Part shown: in pieces, positions 18,022-28,011 of the stretch
Layout of the letters: every line of letters begins with the position of its first letter
Position numbering within the stretch: position 1 is the first letter of the stretch
DNA from: Aristaeellaceae bacterium
GTDB lineage: Bacteria; Bacillota; Clostridia; Christensenellales; Aristaeellaceae
Direction: 5' to 3'
DNA length: 64,000 nt
NCBI GenBank assembly: GCA_051886675.1
Contig: JBJEYH010000203.1
Coordinates: forward strand, 183 to 64,182
Made by a program: the position numbers and the translations under genes
Notes under the pieces: generated by a model
The model's database searches: none
Seen by the model: the letters and a program-made list of their open reading frames with translations, nothing else
What the model was told of the DNA's origin: nothing

Positions 18022-18972
18022 TTACGCCCGGCGTGCCTTGCCCTCCCACAGCACGCTCACGCCCATCAGGACGAGCATCAGCGCCATCAGCGCGTAGAGC
18101 AGACGGTTGTCGATGGGCGACTTGTCCAGCGCGAACTCGATGAGGATCACCACCACGATGGTCGCCGCCAGCAGGAGGATCCGGAGGATCTGCCAGGGCT
18201 TCCAGCCGCCGCGGCGCACCTGCCGCCACAGGCTCAGGCCGATGACCCCGCCCAGCACCACTGCCGCCGCCAGCATGTTGAACTTCACAAACCCGAAGCG
18301 GATGAACTCATCGGCCCGCAGGCTTTCCAGCATGATCTGGCACAGGCTGATCAGCGCCAGGAACACCTCCGTCACCCGGCCCGCGGGACGCTTGCCGCCC
18401 CGCAGCAGGCACAGGCACACGATCATGACCGCCAGCGCCACCGCCGCCTCATAGGCGAATACCGGCAGCTGCCAGTCGCCCCAGGAATTCTCCACCGCGA
18501 AGGGGAAGCGCCACAGCGATTCCGTATCCACATACGCGCCCAGACCCTGGCTGGTGAAGGCTTCGCCCACCCGGCCCGCAAGGATCGCCAGCGCCGCGCC
18601 GGGGGCCGCCAGATCCAGCAGCGCGCCGGCCGGCCGCCTTGCGACCCGGGCGTAGACCGCCACGCCCGCCATGCCGCCCAGGATCGCGCCGTACATGTTG
18701 TACCCACCCTGCCAGGGCTGCACCATGAACGCCACGCCGCCCAGATCCACCAGGATGAACTCCAGCTGCGTCAGGCAGTAGACCAGCCGTCCGCCGATGA
18801 CCGCGCCCGCCATCGCCGCCATGCTCATGGACAGGCAGGCGTTGACGCCGGGATTGCTGCGGCCCAGCCAGGCCGTCAGGGCGATCGCCGCCGCCGCGCC
18901 CGCCAGCAGGCACAGCGCGTAGGCCGTCAGGATGAAGGGGCCCAGCTGCCCCAGGATCACAAGCTCATTCAT
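18022..18972 (-). CDS. lgt: Prolipoprotein diacylglyceryl transferase
   Basis: Polytopic membrane protein with Lgt-like blocks GGRLVY, W.GG...YG...GG, AGR.GE and P.FAYE. Confidence 0.7.
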   Translation of the reverse strand: MNELVILGQLGPFILTAYALCLLAGAAAAIALTAWLGRSNPGVNACLSMSMAAMAGAVIGGRLVYCLTQLEFILVDLGGVAFMVQPWQGGYNMYGAILGGMAGVAVYARVARRPAGALLDLAAPGAALAILAGRVGEAFTSQGLGAYVDTESLWRFPFAVENSWGDWQLPVFAYEAAVALAVMIVCLCLLRGGKRPAGRVTEVFLALISLCQIMLESLRADEFIRFGFVKFNMLAAAVVLGGVIGLSLWRQVRRGGWKPWQILRILLLAATIVVVILIEFALDKSPIDNRLLYALMALMLVLMGVSVLWEGKARRA

Positions 18973-18975
18973 GGG

Positions 18976-19935
18976 TTATTCCGCGCTCCCTTCTGCCGGC
19001 ACTGCGGTGATAAAGTACACGATATCGCCGATGGAACGCACCTTGCCGGTGGACAGCGAGTTGATCTTCTCATTGTTGAGCACCACGGTGGAAGAGGAAC
19101 CGCCGTCCAGGTTGAAGGCCTGCTGCACGCCCAGGTCGAAGCACAGCTGGGCGAACTCGGGGATGGTCAGGCCGGTGGAGCCCTTGTTTTCGGGGCCCTC
19201 GGTGGCAATGATCAGGTAGCTGAGGGGGCCCATCTGGCACAGGGCCAGCCGCTGCGCCCGCTTCTGGGGGGTGCATTCCTTGAGGATGCCGGGGCCGGTG
19301 GCGTCGAAGTCCTCCTGCATCACCCCGTCGATGACCAGCGCCGGGCCGAACACCAGCAGCTGCACAATGTTCCCCTCGAAGGCTTCCACCGCGTCCTGGG
19401 TGTTGGTGGGCAGGATGGTGAAATCGCCCTTGTCGTCAATGATGAGGGAATGATACAGCTCGGTGTAGTTCTGCCGCAGCACCTGGCCGTTGCGGACGAT
19501 ATAGCCCTCCTTGCGGTGGACGAAGTAGTCGCCGTTGATGGCCACCACCGCCTTTTCGCGCCTGGCGATCACCGCCGCCCGGGCGATGGACTTGGAGGGA
19601 TAGGGCTTGTAGGAGGCCGTGCGCAGCTGCGAGGCGTCCGCCGCCTGCACCCAGGTCAGCTGGATGGTGGTGTTGTAGGCGCGGGTGGTCTCCACCCGCA
19701 CGGACAGGGACGGATCCGCATACCCGCCCACGTCCGGCAGATACGCGGCGGGATCGGGCTCATAGGGCGCCTCGGCCAGATAGTCGATGGGGGTCACATC
19801 CTGCGCCTCCAGCGTCACGGGCGCGTAGGCAGGCAGCTCCTCGCCAATGGCCAGGGGCGTCGATGAGGGAACCAGCAGCGTCAGCAGCGCCAGCAGCACC
19901 GCCACCGCCAGGATACGGATCAGGGTCTTGCCCAT
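18976..19935 (-). CDS. Phosphodiester glycosidase family (DUF2233/NAGPA-like) exported protein
   Basis: N-terminal signal/anchor, INGDYF, and C-terminal AFNLDGGSSSTVV motif. ATG at 19935 after GAGGAGG. The stop is 4 nt from the lgt start. Confidence 0.7.
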   Translation of the reverse strand: MGKTLIRILAVAVLLALLTLLVPSSTPLAIGEELPAYAPVTLEAQDVTPIDYLAEAPYEPDPAAYLPDVGGYADPSLSVRVETTRAYNTTIQLTWVQAADASQLRTASYKPYPSKSIARAAVIARREKAVVAINGDYFVHRKEGYIVRNGQVLRQNYTELYHSLIIDDKGDFTILPTNTQDAVEAFEGNIVQLLVFGPALVIDGVMQEDFDATGPGILKECTPQKRAQRLALCQMGPLSYLIIATEGPENKGSTGLTIPEFAQLCFDLGVQQAFNLDGGSSSTVVLNNEKINSLSTGKVRSIGDIVYFITAVPAEGSAE

Positions 19936-20180
19936 CAGGCAGGCCTCCTCATGCACAGCATTCTTCTGAAAATACAGATACCATTTTATTATACCTTCTT
20001 TCCCTGTACTTGTCAAAGCCGCAGTGGCACTTCCCGACGATATTTACACCTTCCCCGGGAACGGGCGCGTTGTTTGCGGAAAATTCACGCCTTCCGCCGC
20101 CGGGGCGCGTTGCAAACCTGCCGGAAATATGGTATCGTGAAGCCAGCAATCCGGCATTCCTCAGGAAGGTGGTGCATCCC

Positions 20181-21704
20181 ATGGAAAAGTCCCGCCCTCC
20201 CCGCTCATGGAGCGGCATGGTCGCCGCGGCACTGGGGAGCCTGTGGCTGGCCCTGTTCCCCCTGTGGCAGGACGGCAGCTTTTCCCGCATCACCCGGGCC
20301 AAGTGGCAGGGCATGCTGATCCTGTGCGCGGTCACGGCGGCGGCGGTCGCCGCGATGGTGATCATCCTGGCCCTGCGCGGGGAATTGGCGCGGAGCATCC
20401 GCTTCCACCCCGCCCAGGCGCTGCTGCTGGCCTACTTCGCCTGGGTGACGCTGTCCGCCTTCCTGGGGGCCTACGCCCAGACCCTCAACAGCAGCGGCCA
20501 GCGGGCGGCGATCATGGGAGCCATCCGCCACGAGGGCCTGCTGACACAGCTGTGCTACGGGGCCATTTTCCTGCTGATGAGCCTCTTCCCCCCGCGGATG
20601 AAGTGGCTGCTGCGGGCAGTGGCGGCGTCGCTGATGATCTTCTTCGCGGTGACGCTCCTGCAGTACGCGGGGTTCAACCCCCTGGGGCTCTTCCCGTCCG
20701 GGCGCAGCATCCGCACCAATTATGAATTCCAGGGCACCATCGGCAACATCGACATGGTCAGCGGCTACCTGTGCCTGGCGGTGCCGCTGCTGCTCAGCGG
20801 CTTCGTGCTGCGGCGGCACGGGGATCCGTGGCTGGTGCTGGCCGGGCTGTGCGGGGTGATGGATCAGCTGCTCATCGACGTGCAGAGCGGCCTGATCGCC
20901 CTGGCGCTGGAAATGGGCCTGCTGGCGGTGTTTCTGCTGCTCCGCCCCCGCCGCCGCTGGCGGATCCTGCTGATTTTCGGCGGCGTGCTGACGCTGACGG
21001 GCATCCGGCTGCTGCTGGGCCTGCCCTGGCTGGATGGCACGGAGGCCATCGTGTTCCCCTGGCAGCCCTCGGGGCTGAAGGCGGGGCTCATCGCCGCGGG
21101 CGTGCTGCTCATGGCCCTGTCGCCCCTGGTGCGGCGGCGTCCCGGCAGGCCGGTGTCCGCCCGGACGACGGCGATTCTGGCCATGGCCTTCATCCTGGCC
21201 GTGGTGGGGATCATCGCCGCCGCGCCCCTGCCCGAGGGCGGCGGTCTGTGGGAGCTGCAGCAGATCCTCCGGGGCAATCCGCAGGACAGCTACGGCTCCT
21301 ACCGGCTGGGGGTGTGGCGGCATACCCTGTCCATGGCAGGGGAGCATCTGCTCTTCGGCACCGGGCCGGATACCTTCCTCTACGCCCTGCGGGATCAGCT
21401 GCGCCAGGCCGGCGACGCCCTGCCCGAAACCTTCGACAACCCGCACAACGAATATCTGGCCATCCTGAGCAACAACGGCCTGCCCGCGCTCCTGTTCTAC
21501 CTGGCGGCCATGGGGTCGCTGCTGGTGACCGGCCTGCGCCGCCGGGCCCCGGAAACCCTGATGCTCCTGTGCGCGGTGGGCTGCTTCCTGGTGCAGGGGA
21601 TGTTCAGCTTTTCCATCTGCCTGGTATCGCCCATGTTCTGGGCGGTGTGCGGCATGGCCTGCGCCTGGTGCGGACGGCCGCTGCGCCCCGCGAAGCCCGC
21701 GTAA
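20181..21704 (+). CDS. O-antigen ligase (Wzy_C) family membrane protein
   Basis: About 11-12 TM segments. Periplasmic loop with SYRLGVW......G.GPDTF and the NPHNEYL..L...G motif. ATG at 20181. Confidence 0.75.
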   Translation: MEKSRPPRSWSGMVAAALGSLWLALFPLWQDGSFSRITRAKWQGMLILCAVTAAAVAAMVIILALRGELARSIRFHPAQALLLAYFAWVTLSAFLGAYAQTLNSSGQRAAIMGAIRHEGLLTQLCYGAIFLLMSLFPPRMKWLLRAVAASLMIFFAVTLLQYAGFNPLGLFPSGRSIRTNYEFQGTIGNIDMVSGYLCLAVPLLLSGFVLRRHGDPWLVLAGLCGVMDQLLIDVQSGLIALALEMGLLAVFLLLRPRRRWRILLIFGGVLTLTGIRLLLGLPWLDGTEAIVFPWQPSGLKAGLIAAGVLLMALSPLVRRRPGRPVSARTTAILAMAFILAVVGIIAAAPLPEGGGLWELQQILRGNPQDSYGSYRLGVWRHTLSMAGEHLLFGTGPDTFLYALRDQLRQAGDALPETFDNPHNEYLAILSNNGLPALLFYLAAMGSLLVTGLRRRAPETLMLLCAVGCFLVQGMFSFSICLVSPMFWAVCGMACAWCGRPLRPAKPA

Positions 21705-21785
21705 AAAGGAAGGACTTGTGTTTTTTTCGCCATGGGTCTATACTGCACTATATGACCCCGGATTCCCGAAAGGAGGCTGTTCCTG

Positions 21786-22637
21786 ATGCCCAACGCCCTG
21801 CTGCGCCTCAAGGCCCGCAACGCCCTGAAGCCCATGCTGCCCGTGATTCTTCTGTGCGCGCTCATCGCCAACCTGCCCTCGCTGATCACCCAGACCGTGA
21901 GCGTCCTGACCGACAGCAATCCGCTGACTTATCTGCTGTCCCAGGCCTCCACCGACGCCGAGCTGATGGCCATCCTGGAGGACGACGCCCGGCTGACCGC
22001 CATGCTGCAGGAGTACATCTCCGCGCCCAGCCATCTGCTGTCCCTGGGGCTCAGCGCGCTGTCGTGGCTGCTGTCGCCGGTGCTGACGCTGGGGCTGACC
22101 TGGTGCCTGCTGGAGCTGCTGCGGGGGCGCGAGATCGCCGTGACGACGGTGTTTGCCCGGCTGAGCTGCTTCTGGCGGAGCATCGGGCTGAACCTGCTCA
22201 CCGCGCTGAAGCTGCTGGCCTGGAGCCTGCCGGGCATCGCGGTGATGTTCGCAGGGATGGTGATGCTGCTGCTGACGGGCAGCAGCCTGGCCATGCTGCT
22301 GTACTTTGCCGGTCTGATCCTGATGACGGTGCTGATGGTTCGCGCCATGCTGCACTACACCATGGCGTCGGTGTTCCTGGCCGACGAGCCCGACCGGGGC
22401 GTGCGGGGTTCGCTGCGCGCCAGCGTCGACATGATGCGCACGCGGAAGATGTCGCTGTTCTCGCTGCTGGTGACCTTCTTCCTGTGGATGATGGTGCTGT
22501 CCATGCTGACCAGCGTGCTGTCCGCGCTGCTGGGCACGGTGATCGCCTCGACGGTATCGATGCTGCTGCAGCTGATGCTGAGCGTCTACATGCAGGCGAG
22601 CATCTGCGCGTTCTATGAAGCTTATCGCGCCCGCTGA
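21786..22637 (+). CDS. DUF975-like integral membrane protein
   Basis: Start with L.ARNALK typical of DUF975, multiple TM helices, AAAGGAGG ribosome-binding site. Confidence 0.55.
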   Translation: MPNALLRLKARNALKPMLPVILLCALIANLPSLITQTVSVLTDSNPLTYLLSQASTDAELMAILEDDARLTAMLQEYISAPSHLLSLGLSALSWLLSPVLTLGLTWCLLELLRGREIAVTTVFARLSCFWRSIGLNLLTALKLLAWSLPGIAVMFAGMVMLLLTGSSLAMLLYFAGLILMTVLMVRAMLHYTMASVFLADEPDRGVRGSLRASVDMMRTRKMSLFSLLVTFFLWMMVLSMLTSVLSALLGTVIASTVSMLLQLMLSVYMQASICAFYEAYRAR

Positions 22638-22647
22638 CGCGCAGCGG

Positions 22648-22674
22648 AAAAGCGGCCTTCGGGCCGCTTTTTTG
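22648..22674 (+). terminator. Rho-independent terminator
   Basis: AAAAGCGGCC-ttcg-GGCCGCTTTTTT. Confidence 0.85.
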
Positions 22675-22964
22675 CGTTGGGCGGGCGGAACGCCTTCCGG
22701 GGCGGACGGTGGCCTCTCCGCCGCTGGCATCCATGGTTCCCGCCAGGCCCCGTCCTGCATGGCAGGCGGAGCGTCCCCCCGCTTCGCCGCAAGCGCCGGA
22801 GCAGGCGCTCCTCCCTGCCCGGCGGGATTTGTGGTATCTGGATAAATGACGGACATATTATCGGAAATGCATTTTATCCCCTGGACCGACCGGACATATG
22901 CCGCCGCGCTGCCGGAAAAGTTGCAGGATTGAAGGGGAAATATTGCATTTTGTTCGTTTTTCCC

Positions 22965-22993
22965 TTGATTTATCCCCGCCGTCCCGCTATAAT
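22965..22993 (+). promoter_or_regulatory. Putative sigma-A promoter (TTGATT-17 nt-TATAAT)
   Basis: -35 at 22965-22970 and -10 at 22988-22993, leaving a ~110-nt leader before the aminotransferase ATG. Confidence 0.6.
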
Positions 22994-23110
22994 GGGATAC
23001 GTTCACATTCGATTCCTGCATGCAGGCGCAACGGCGCGCTCCCGGTGGAGGGTTGTCTGCGCTGCCCGGATGCAGGCAGCTCAGATTATTCTTGCAGGAG
23101 GAGACCTTCT

Positions 23111-24310
23111 ATGCAGCTGAACATCTCTCATCGCGCCGCCAATATCGCCCCCTCTCCCACCCTGGCCATCGACGCCCGCGCCAAGGAAATGCGCGCCGCC
23201 GGGTTTGACGTGGTTGGCTTCGGCGCGGGCGAGCCCGACTTCCCCACCCCCGCCCATATCTGCGACGCCGCCAAGGAAGCCCTCGACATGGGCCTGACCC
23301 GCTACACCCCCGCCGCCGGCACCAAGGAGCTGCGCAAGGCCATCTGCGACAAGCTCCGCCGCGACAACGACATGACCTACATCTACGGCGATATCCTGGT
23401 GTCCAACGGCGCCAAGCACAGCCTGTACACCATCTTCCAGGCCATCCTGGATCCCGGCGACGAGGTGCTGATCCCCACGCCCTGCTGGGTCTCCTACCCG
23501 GAGATGGTCCGCATGGCGGGCGGCGTGCCGGTGTTCATCCCCTCCGACGAAAGCACCGACTTCATCCCCACCAACAAGGACATCGCCAGCCGCGTCACCC
23601 GCCGCACCAAGGCCATCATCATCACCAGCCCCTCCAACCCCAACGGCAGCGTCTGGAGCCGTGAGCAGCTGCAGTTCGTGGCCGATCTGGCCGTGAGCCA
23701 TCCCTTCTATGTGGTCAGCGACGAAATCTACGAGAAGCTCCTCTACGACGGCCGCAAGCATCTGTCCATTGCCCAGCTGGGCGAGCAGATCAAGAGCCAG
23801 ACCTTCCTGGTCAACGGCATGTCCAAGGCCTATGCCATGACCGGCTGGCGCATCGGCTACGTGGCGGGCCCCCATCATGAGATTTCCGCCATGGCCAGCT
23901 TCCAGTCCCAGGCCACGTCCAATCCCAACTCCATCGCCCAGTACGCCGCCATGAAGGCCCTCCAGGGCGATCAGAGCTGCGTGGACGAAATGGTCGCCGA
24001 ATTCCAGAAGCGCCGCGACGTGATGGTCGACCGCATCAACAGCATTCCGGGGCTTTCCTGCCGCAAGCCCGCCGGCGCCTTCTACATCATGATGAACATC
24101 AAGGAGATTCTGGGCCGCCGCTACAACGGCCGCACGCTGGAATCCTCCCTGGACTTCGCCGAGCTGCTCCTGGCCGAAAAGCAGGTGGCCCTGGTGCCCG
24201 GCGTGGCCTTCGAGGCCGAGGGCTACTGCCGCCTGAGCTACGCCGTGAGCCTGGAGAACATCAACAAGGGCCTGGACCGCATTGAGGACTTCGTCCGCTC
24301 CCTGGACTGA
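23111..24310 (+). CDS. Pyridoxal-phosphate-dependent aspartate aminotransferase (class I)
   Basis: GEPDFPTP, NPNG and SKAYAMTGWR(I/L)GY (PLP lysine) motifs. ~400 aa. GGAGGAG ribosome-binding site. Confidence 0.9.
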   Translation: MQLNISHRAANIAPSPTLAIDARAKEMRAAGFDVVGFGAGEPDFPTPAHICDAAKEALDMGLTRYTPAAGTKELRKAICDKLRRDNDMTYIYGDILVSNGAKHSLYTIFQAILDPGDEVLIPTPCWVSYPEMVRMAGGVPVFIPSDESTDFIPTNKDIASRVTRRTKAIIITSPSNPNGSVWSREQLQFVADLAVSHPFYVVSDEIYEKLLYDGRKHLSIAQLGEQIKSQTFLVNGMSKAYAMTGWRIGYVAGPHHEISAMASFQSQATSNPNSIAQYAAMKALQGDQSCVDEMVAEFQKRRDVMVDRINSIPGLSCRKPAGAFYIMMNIKEILGRRYNGRTLESSLDFAELLLAEKQVALVPGVAFEAEGYCRLSYAVSLENINKGLDRIEDFVRSLD

Positions 24311-24352
24311 GCCCGCCCTCGTCCCCTGAATACTTAAGCGGAGGAACCGTCT

Positions 24353-25747
24353 ATGCTCAGCTATGACAGGAAGCAGAACCTGCTCATGCAGTCCAAGTAC
24401 CGGTATGAGCTGCAGGATGTGCAGGAGCCCAATCTTTATCGGGAAATCTACGATTATCATTCCATTCCCAAGGTCGCCTTCAACATGCGTCACGTGCCTG
24501 AGGACATGCCGGACGAAATCTGGATGACCGACACCACCTTCCGCGACGGACAGCAGTCCGTCAGCCCGTTCACGGTGGAGCAGATTGTGCATCTGTTCAA
24601 GCTGATGCACCGGCTGGGCGGCCCCAAGGGTCTGGTGCGGCAGAGCGAGTTCTTCGTCTACACGGAGAAGGACAAGGCTGCCCTCCACGCCTGCCAGGAT
24701 CTGGGCTTTGAGTTCCCGGAGATCACCACCTGGATCCGCGCCAACGAGAAGGACTTCGAGCTGGTCAAGCAGGCCGGCGTCAAGGAAACCGGCGTGCTGG
24801 TATCCTGCTCGGACTACCACATCTTCAACAAGATGCACCTGACCCGCAGCCAGGCCATGGACAAGTACCTGGGCATCGTCAAGGCCGCGCTGGATCGGGG
24901 GATCAAGCCCCGCTGCCACTTTGAGGACATCACCCGCGCGGACTTCTACGGCTTCGTGCTGCCCTTCGCGGAGAAGCTGATGGATCTGTCGGAGGAGTCC
25001 GGCATCCCCATCAAGATCCGCGCCTGCGACACCATGGGCTTCGGCGTGCACTACTACGGCGCGGCGCTGCCCCGCTCCGTCCCGGGCATCATCTACGGCC
25101 TGCACCACTACGCCCAGGTGCCCTCCGAGCAGCTGGAGTGGCATGGCCACAATGACTTCTACAAGGTGGTGTCCAACGCGGGCACGGCCTGGATGTACGG
25201 CTGCTCGTCGGTGAACTGCTCGCTGCTGGGTCTGGGCGAGCGCACGGGCAACTGCCCGCTGGAGGCCATGGCGGTGGAATACGCGTCCCTGCGCGGCACC
25301 CTGGACGGCATGGATCTGACCGCGGTGACGGAGATCGCCGACTACATGGAGCGCAACATCGGCCTGGAGATCAGCCCCCGTCAGCCCTTCGTGGGCCGTC
25401 ACTTCAACGTGACCCGGGCGGGCATTCACGCCGACGGCCTGCTCAAGGACGAGGAAATCTACAACATTTTCGACACGGCGGCGCTGTTCAACCGTCCGGC
25501 GCTGGTGGCGGTGGACGCGACCAGCGGTCTGGCGGGCGTGGCCCACTGGCTGAACAGCTACTTCCGCCTGACGGGGGATCAGGTCGTCTCCAAGAACGAC
25601 CCGATCGTGCATTATGTCCGCGAAAAGGTGGACGAGCTGTACGCTCAGGGCCGCAACACCGTCATGGGCGACGAGGAGCTGGAGCTGCTGGTGCGCGACG
25701 CGGACTGGGATCGCTACGAGCGGCTGCTGTTCCACAAGAGCCACTGA
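24353..25747 (+). CDS. HMGL-like (isopropylmalate/homocitrate synthase family) enzyme, probable citrate (Re)-synthase
   Basis: DTTFRDGQQ and HGHND motifs. The N-terminal extension and overall length match the clostridial Re-citrate synthase clade as I recall it. Sits next to an aspartate aminotransferase. Confidence 0.7.
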   Translation: MLSYDRKQNLLMQSKYRYELQDVQEPNLYREIYDYHSIPKVAFNMRHVPEDMPDEIWMTDTTFRDGQQSVSPFTVEQIVHLFKLMHRLGGPKGLVRQSEFFVYTEKDKAALHACQDLGFEFPEITTWIRANEKDFELVKQAGVKETGVLVSCSDYHIFNKMHLTRSQAMDKYLGIVKAALDRGIKPRCHFEDITRADFYGFVLPFAEKLMDLSEESGIPIKIRACDTMGFGVHYYGAALPRSVPGIIYGLHHYAQVPSEQLEWHGHNDFYKVVSNAGTAWMYGCSSVNCSLLGLGERTGNCPLEAMAVEYASLRGTLDGMDLTAVTEIADYMERNIGLEISPRQPFVGRHFNVTRAGIHADGLLKDEEIYNIFDTAALFNRPALVAVDATSGLAGVAHWLNSYFRLTGDQVVSKNDPIVHYVREKVDELYAQGRNTVMGDEELELLVRDADWDRYERLLFHKSH

Positions 25748-25804
25748 GGCGGCGCATCCCCGCAGGGATCGGCCGAACCAAAGCATTCCGCCAAAAAAAC
25801 AACA

Positions 25805-25842
25805 GGGGCGTCTGCGACTGATATCGCGGACGTCCCTTTTTT
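25805..25842 (+). terminator. Rho-independent terminator
   Basis: GGGGCGTCTGCG-N8-CGCGGACGTCCC (two G-T wobbles) followed by TTTTTT. Confidence 0.75.
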
Positions 25843-26021
25843 GTCGCCGCACCCCCGCCATTTCCGGCAGCCCCGGCGGGGGTGTCTGCGTTCCCTGAAG
25901 GCCCGGAGCGCGCGGCTGTCCGCGCCCTCCCGAAGGCGCCTGCCCCCTTCATGCGCCCGGCGGCCCGTGATCGGCGCGGCGGCAGGTCAGGGGCAGAAGC
26001 GCGCATCCTCCGGGCTGCGCA

Positions 26022-26831
26022 TCATTCGGCCTCCACCCGGGTGATCGAGCCGCACGCCTGGCAGTGCCACAGCCCGGGCTCCAGATTGTCCCACGGGTTG
26101 TCCTTCCCGGGAATGCTGCAGCGCTCGCAGGCGCTGAGGATCCCCTGCAGCGTCAGGCGTTCGCTCTGGTACACGATGACGTAAGCCTGATCCGTATACT
26201 GCACGGCCACGGCCAGGCATTCATCCGTCCCATGGTCGAAGCTGGCAACGATGTTCCGGGGCTCGTCGAACCGCCCGGGGACGGCCTCCGTCCGCAGGCC
26301 GATGTACAGCTGGTTCAGGTCCTCGTACTCGCAGGAGAGAAGATAGTCGTAGACCCAGCCCTCCGGATAGCACATCGGGCACGGCGCAAACAGGTCCTCC
26401 AGCCCCCAGAAGCCGATGGCGAAAACATTGCAGTTCACGGTCGCGTCCGGATCGCACGAGGGCGAGCAGTGCACCAGGCTGGTCGGCATCTCCTCCAGCG
26501 GCACCGTGTCGAGCTGCAGCCACAGATCCATAAACGAGCCGATGTCCCTGATCCAGAGCTTGCTCTCCTCGTTCACGCAGCCCGAGCGCGGCACGTCCCG
26601 GACGTATCCCTTTTCCACGAGCCAGGGCAGCAGCTCGTCGAAAATCCGGTCGGTATGCGCATCCTCCAGGGTGCTCAGCAGATCCCCGGTCAGCTCACCG
26701 TCGGGGATTTCGTCCATGGACAGCTCGTCATACACGCTGGCGTCGAACTGCGACAGATCCGTGTCCGCCAGGGCGGGGACGCTGCACCCGAGCGCAAGGA
26801 CAGCCAGCATCAGGCAGAATTTCTTCATCAT
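26022..26831 (-). CDS. Hypothetical secreted Cys-rich protein
   Basis: Signal peptide MMKKFCLMLAVLALGCSVPALA. Acidic N-terminal region. C-terminal C..C-x20-C..C ribbon-like motif. AAGGAG ribosome-binding site. Confidence 0.6.
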   Translation of the reverse strand: MMKKFCLMLAVLALGCSVPALADTDLSQFDASVYDELSMDEIPDGELTGDLLSTLEDAHTDRIFDELLPWLVEKGYVRDVPRSGCVNEESKLWIRDIGSFMDLWLQLDTVPLEEMPTSLVHCSPSCDPDATVNCNVFAIGFWGLEDLFAPCPMCYPEGWVYDYLLSCEYEDLNQLYIGLRTEAVPGRFDEPRNIVASFDHGTDECLAVAVQYTDQAYVIVYQSERLTLQGILSACERCSIPGKDNPWDNLEPGLWHCQACGSITRVEAE

Positions 26832-27154
26832 GAGGCTCCTTTCTCACAGGGCATCCGTGTGTGGGGCCGTCTGCCGGGGACGTCCCGACAGCGGCAATGA
26901 CAGGATATCACATCGGCGGAAGTTCTTGCATCCCCCGCGAAGGCCCGCTGCCCCCTCGGAAGCCGTTTGCATGCGCCGTCGCGGGCATGCCGGCGGCCGC
27001 CGTCGCCCCCTGGGACGCCCCCTCGCGAAAGGGAGTCTGCGGCGGCTCCGCAGTCCCGCGCCCGACAGGCACGGTCTGGACGCTTCGGCGCTGAACGCGG
27101 AAAATGCCTGCGAACCGTTTCCGATCCGCAGGCTCCCGGGACGCAGGGCCAGGC

Positions 27155-27823
27155 TCAGTTGCCCATGATGCCGTCGCCGCCGCAGGCAGGACACTTTCCG
27201 TCGCCCTCGCAGGTCCGGCAGCGATCGCCCCAGATGCTGCCCTTCAACGCTTCGAACCTGCCGTCGCCGCCGCAGCCGGGGCACTTGCCCTTGTAGCACA
27301 TGTAGCACGGGTAGGTATTGTCGGCGGATCCGCTGACGATGTCGAAGGGGTTCACGCTCAGCGCCAGACCCTGGTGCTGACAGTACGGGCATTGCGCGCC
27401 CTCGCAGGCCGCGTACTGATAGGAAAAGGACACGAAATACACATGCAGGCCCGAGGTCAGGCTGGCGTACTCGCTGCGGTCATGCAGCAGCGTCTTCACG
27501 GTGAAATTGTAGGGCGTCTTGGACAGCGGCTGCAGAATGCAGCTGTTCGCGACAGCCTCGTTGACGTTGATGTAGCAAAGCTCCAGACCATTGGCGTCGG
27601 TCAAAACCATGACGGCGTTCTCCATGCCGAGCAGGTCATAGGCCGTGTTGAGGTTCGCAATGCATCCCTGCACATACAGCTTCTGGCCTTCCCAGTGATA
27701 GCCATGGATCTGGTAGACGATATTCTCCCCCACCATATCCTCAGCAGAAGCGGCCAGCGCGGACACGGGAAGCATCATCGTCAGGAGCATCAGGCTCAGG
27801 ATCAGAGACGTCAGCTTCTTCAT
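27155..27823 (-). CDS. Hypothetical secreted protein with C-terminal DnaJ-type CxxCxGxG zinc-finger repeats
   Basis: Signal peptide with an ALA-A cleavage site. C-terminus CPGCGGDG, CRTCEGDG, CPACGGDG plus CPYC and CYMC. ATG at 27823 is 7 nt after GGAGGT. The track GTG at 27832 overlaps the ribosome-binding site. Confidence 0.65.
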   Translation of the reverse strand: MKKLTSLILSLMLLTMMLPVSALAASAEDMVGENIVYQIHGYHWEGQKLYVQGCIANLNTAYDLLGMENAVMVLTDANGLELCYINVNEAVANSCILQPLSKTPYNFTVKTLLHDRSEYASLTSGLHVYFVSFSYQYAACEGAQCPYCQHQGLALSVNPFDIVSGSADNTYPCYMCYKGKCPGCGGDGRFEALKGSIWGDRCRTCEGDGKCPACGGDGIMGN

Positions 27824-28011
27824 CACAAGCACCTCCGAATGGATCTGTCATGGCTGCGCGGGGAACGCCGCCGTCCTGCTGACGGCTGTGCTTTCCGGCG
27901 CTTCTTCCTTCCGACACGCTGATCATACAGCATGCGGGGCGGCCGTTTTTCCGTGCGTTTCCAGCCTGACCGCGATACGGCCGGATGCGCGGAATTTTTT
28001 CGCGGAGCCCC

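Noticed and set aside
22675-22964. A possible sRNA or riboswitch in the 430-bp gap upstream of the aminotransferase, and in the gaps at 25843-26021 and 26832-27154.
   Set aside because: I could find only generic GC-rich hairpins and no match to any conserved riboswitch or sRNA core known to me. A computational Rfam scan would be needed.
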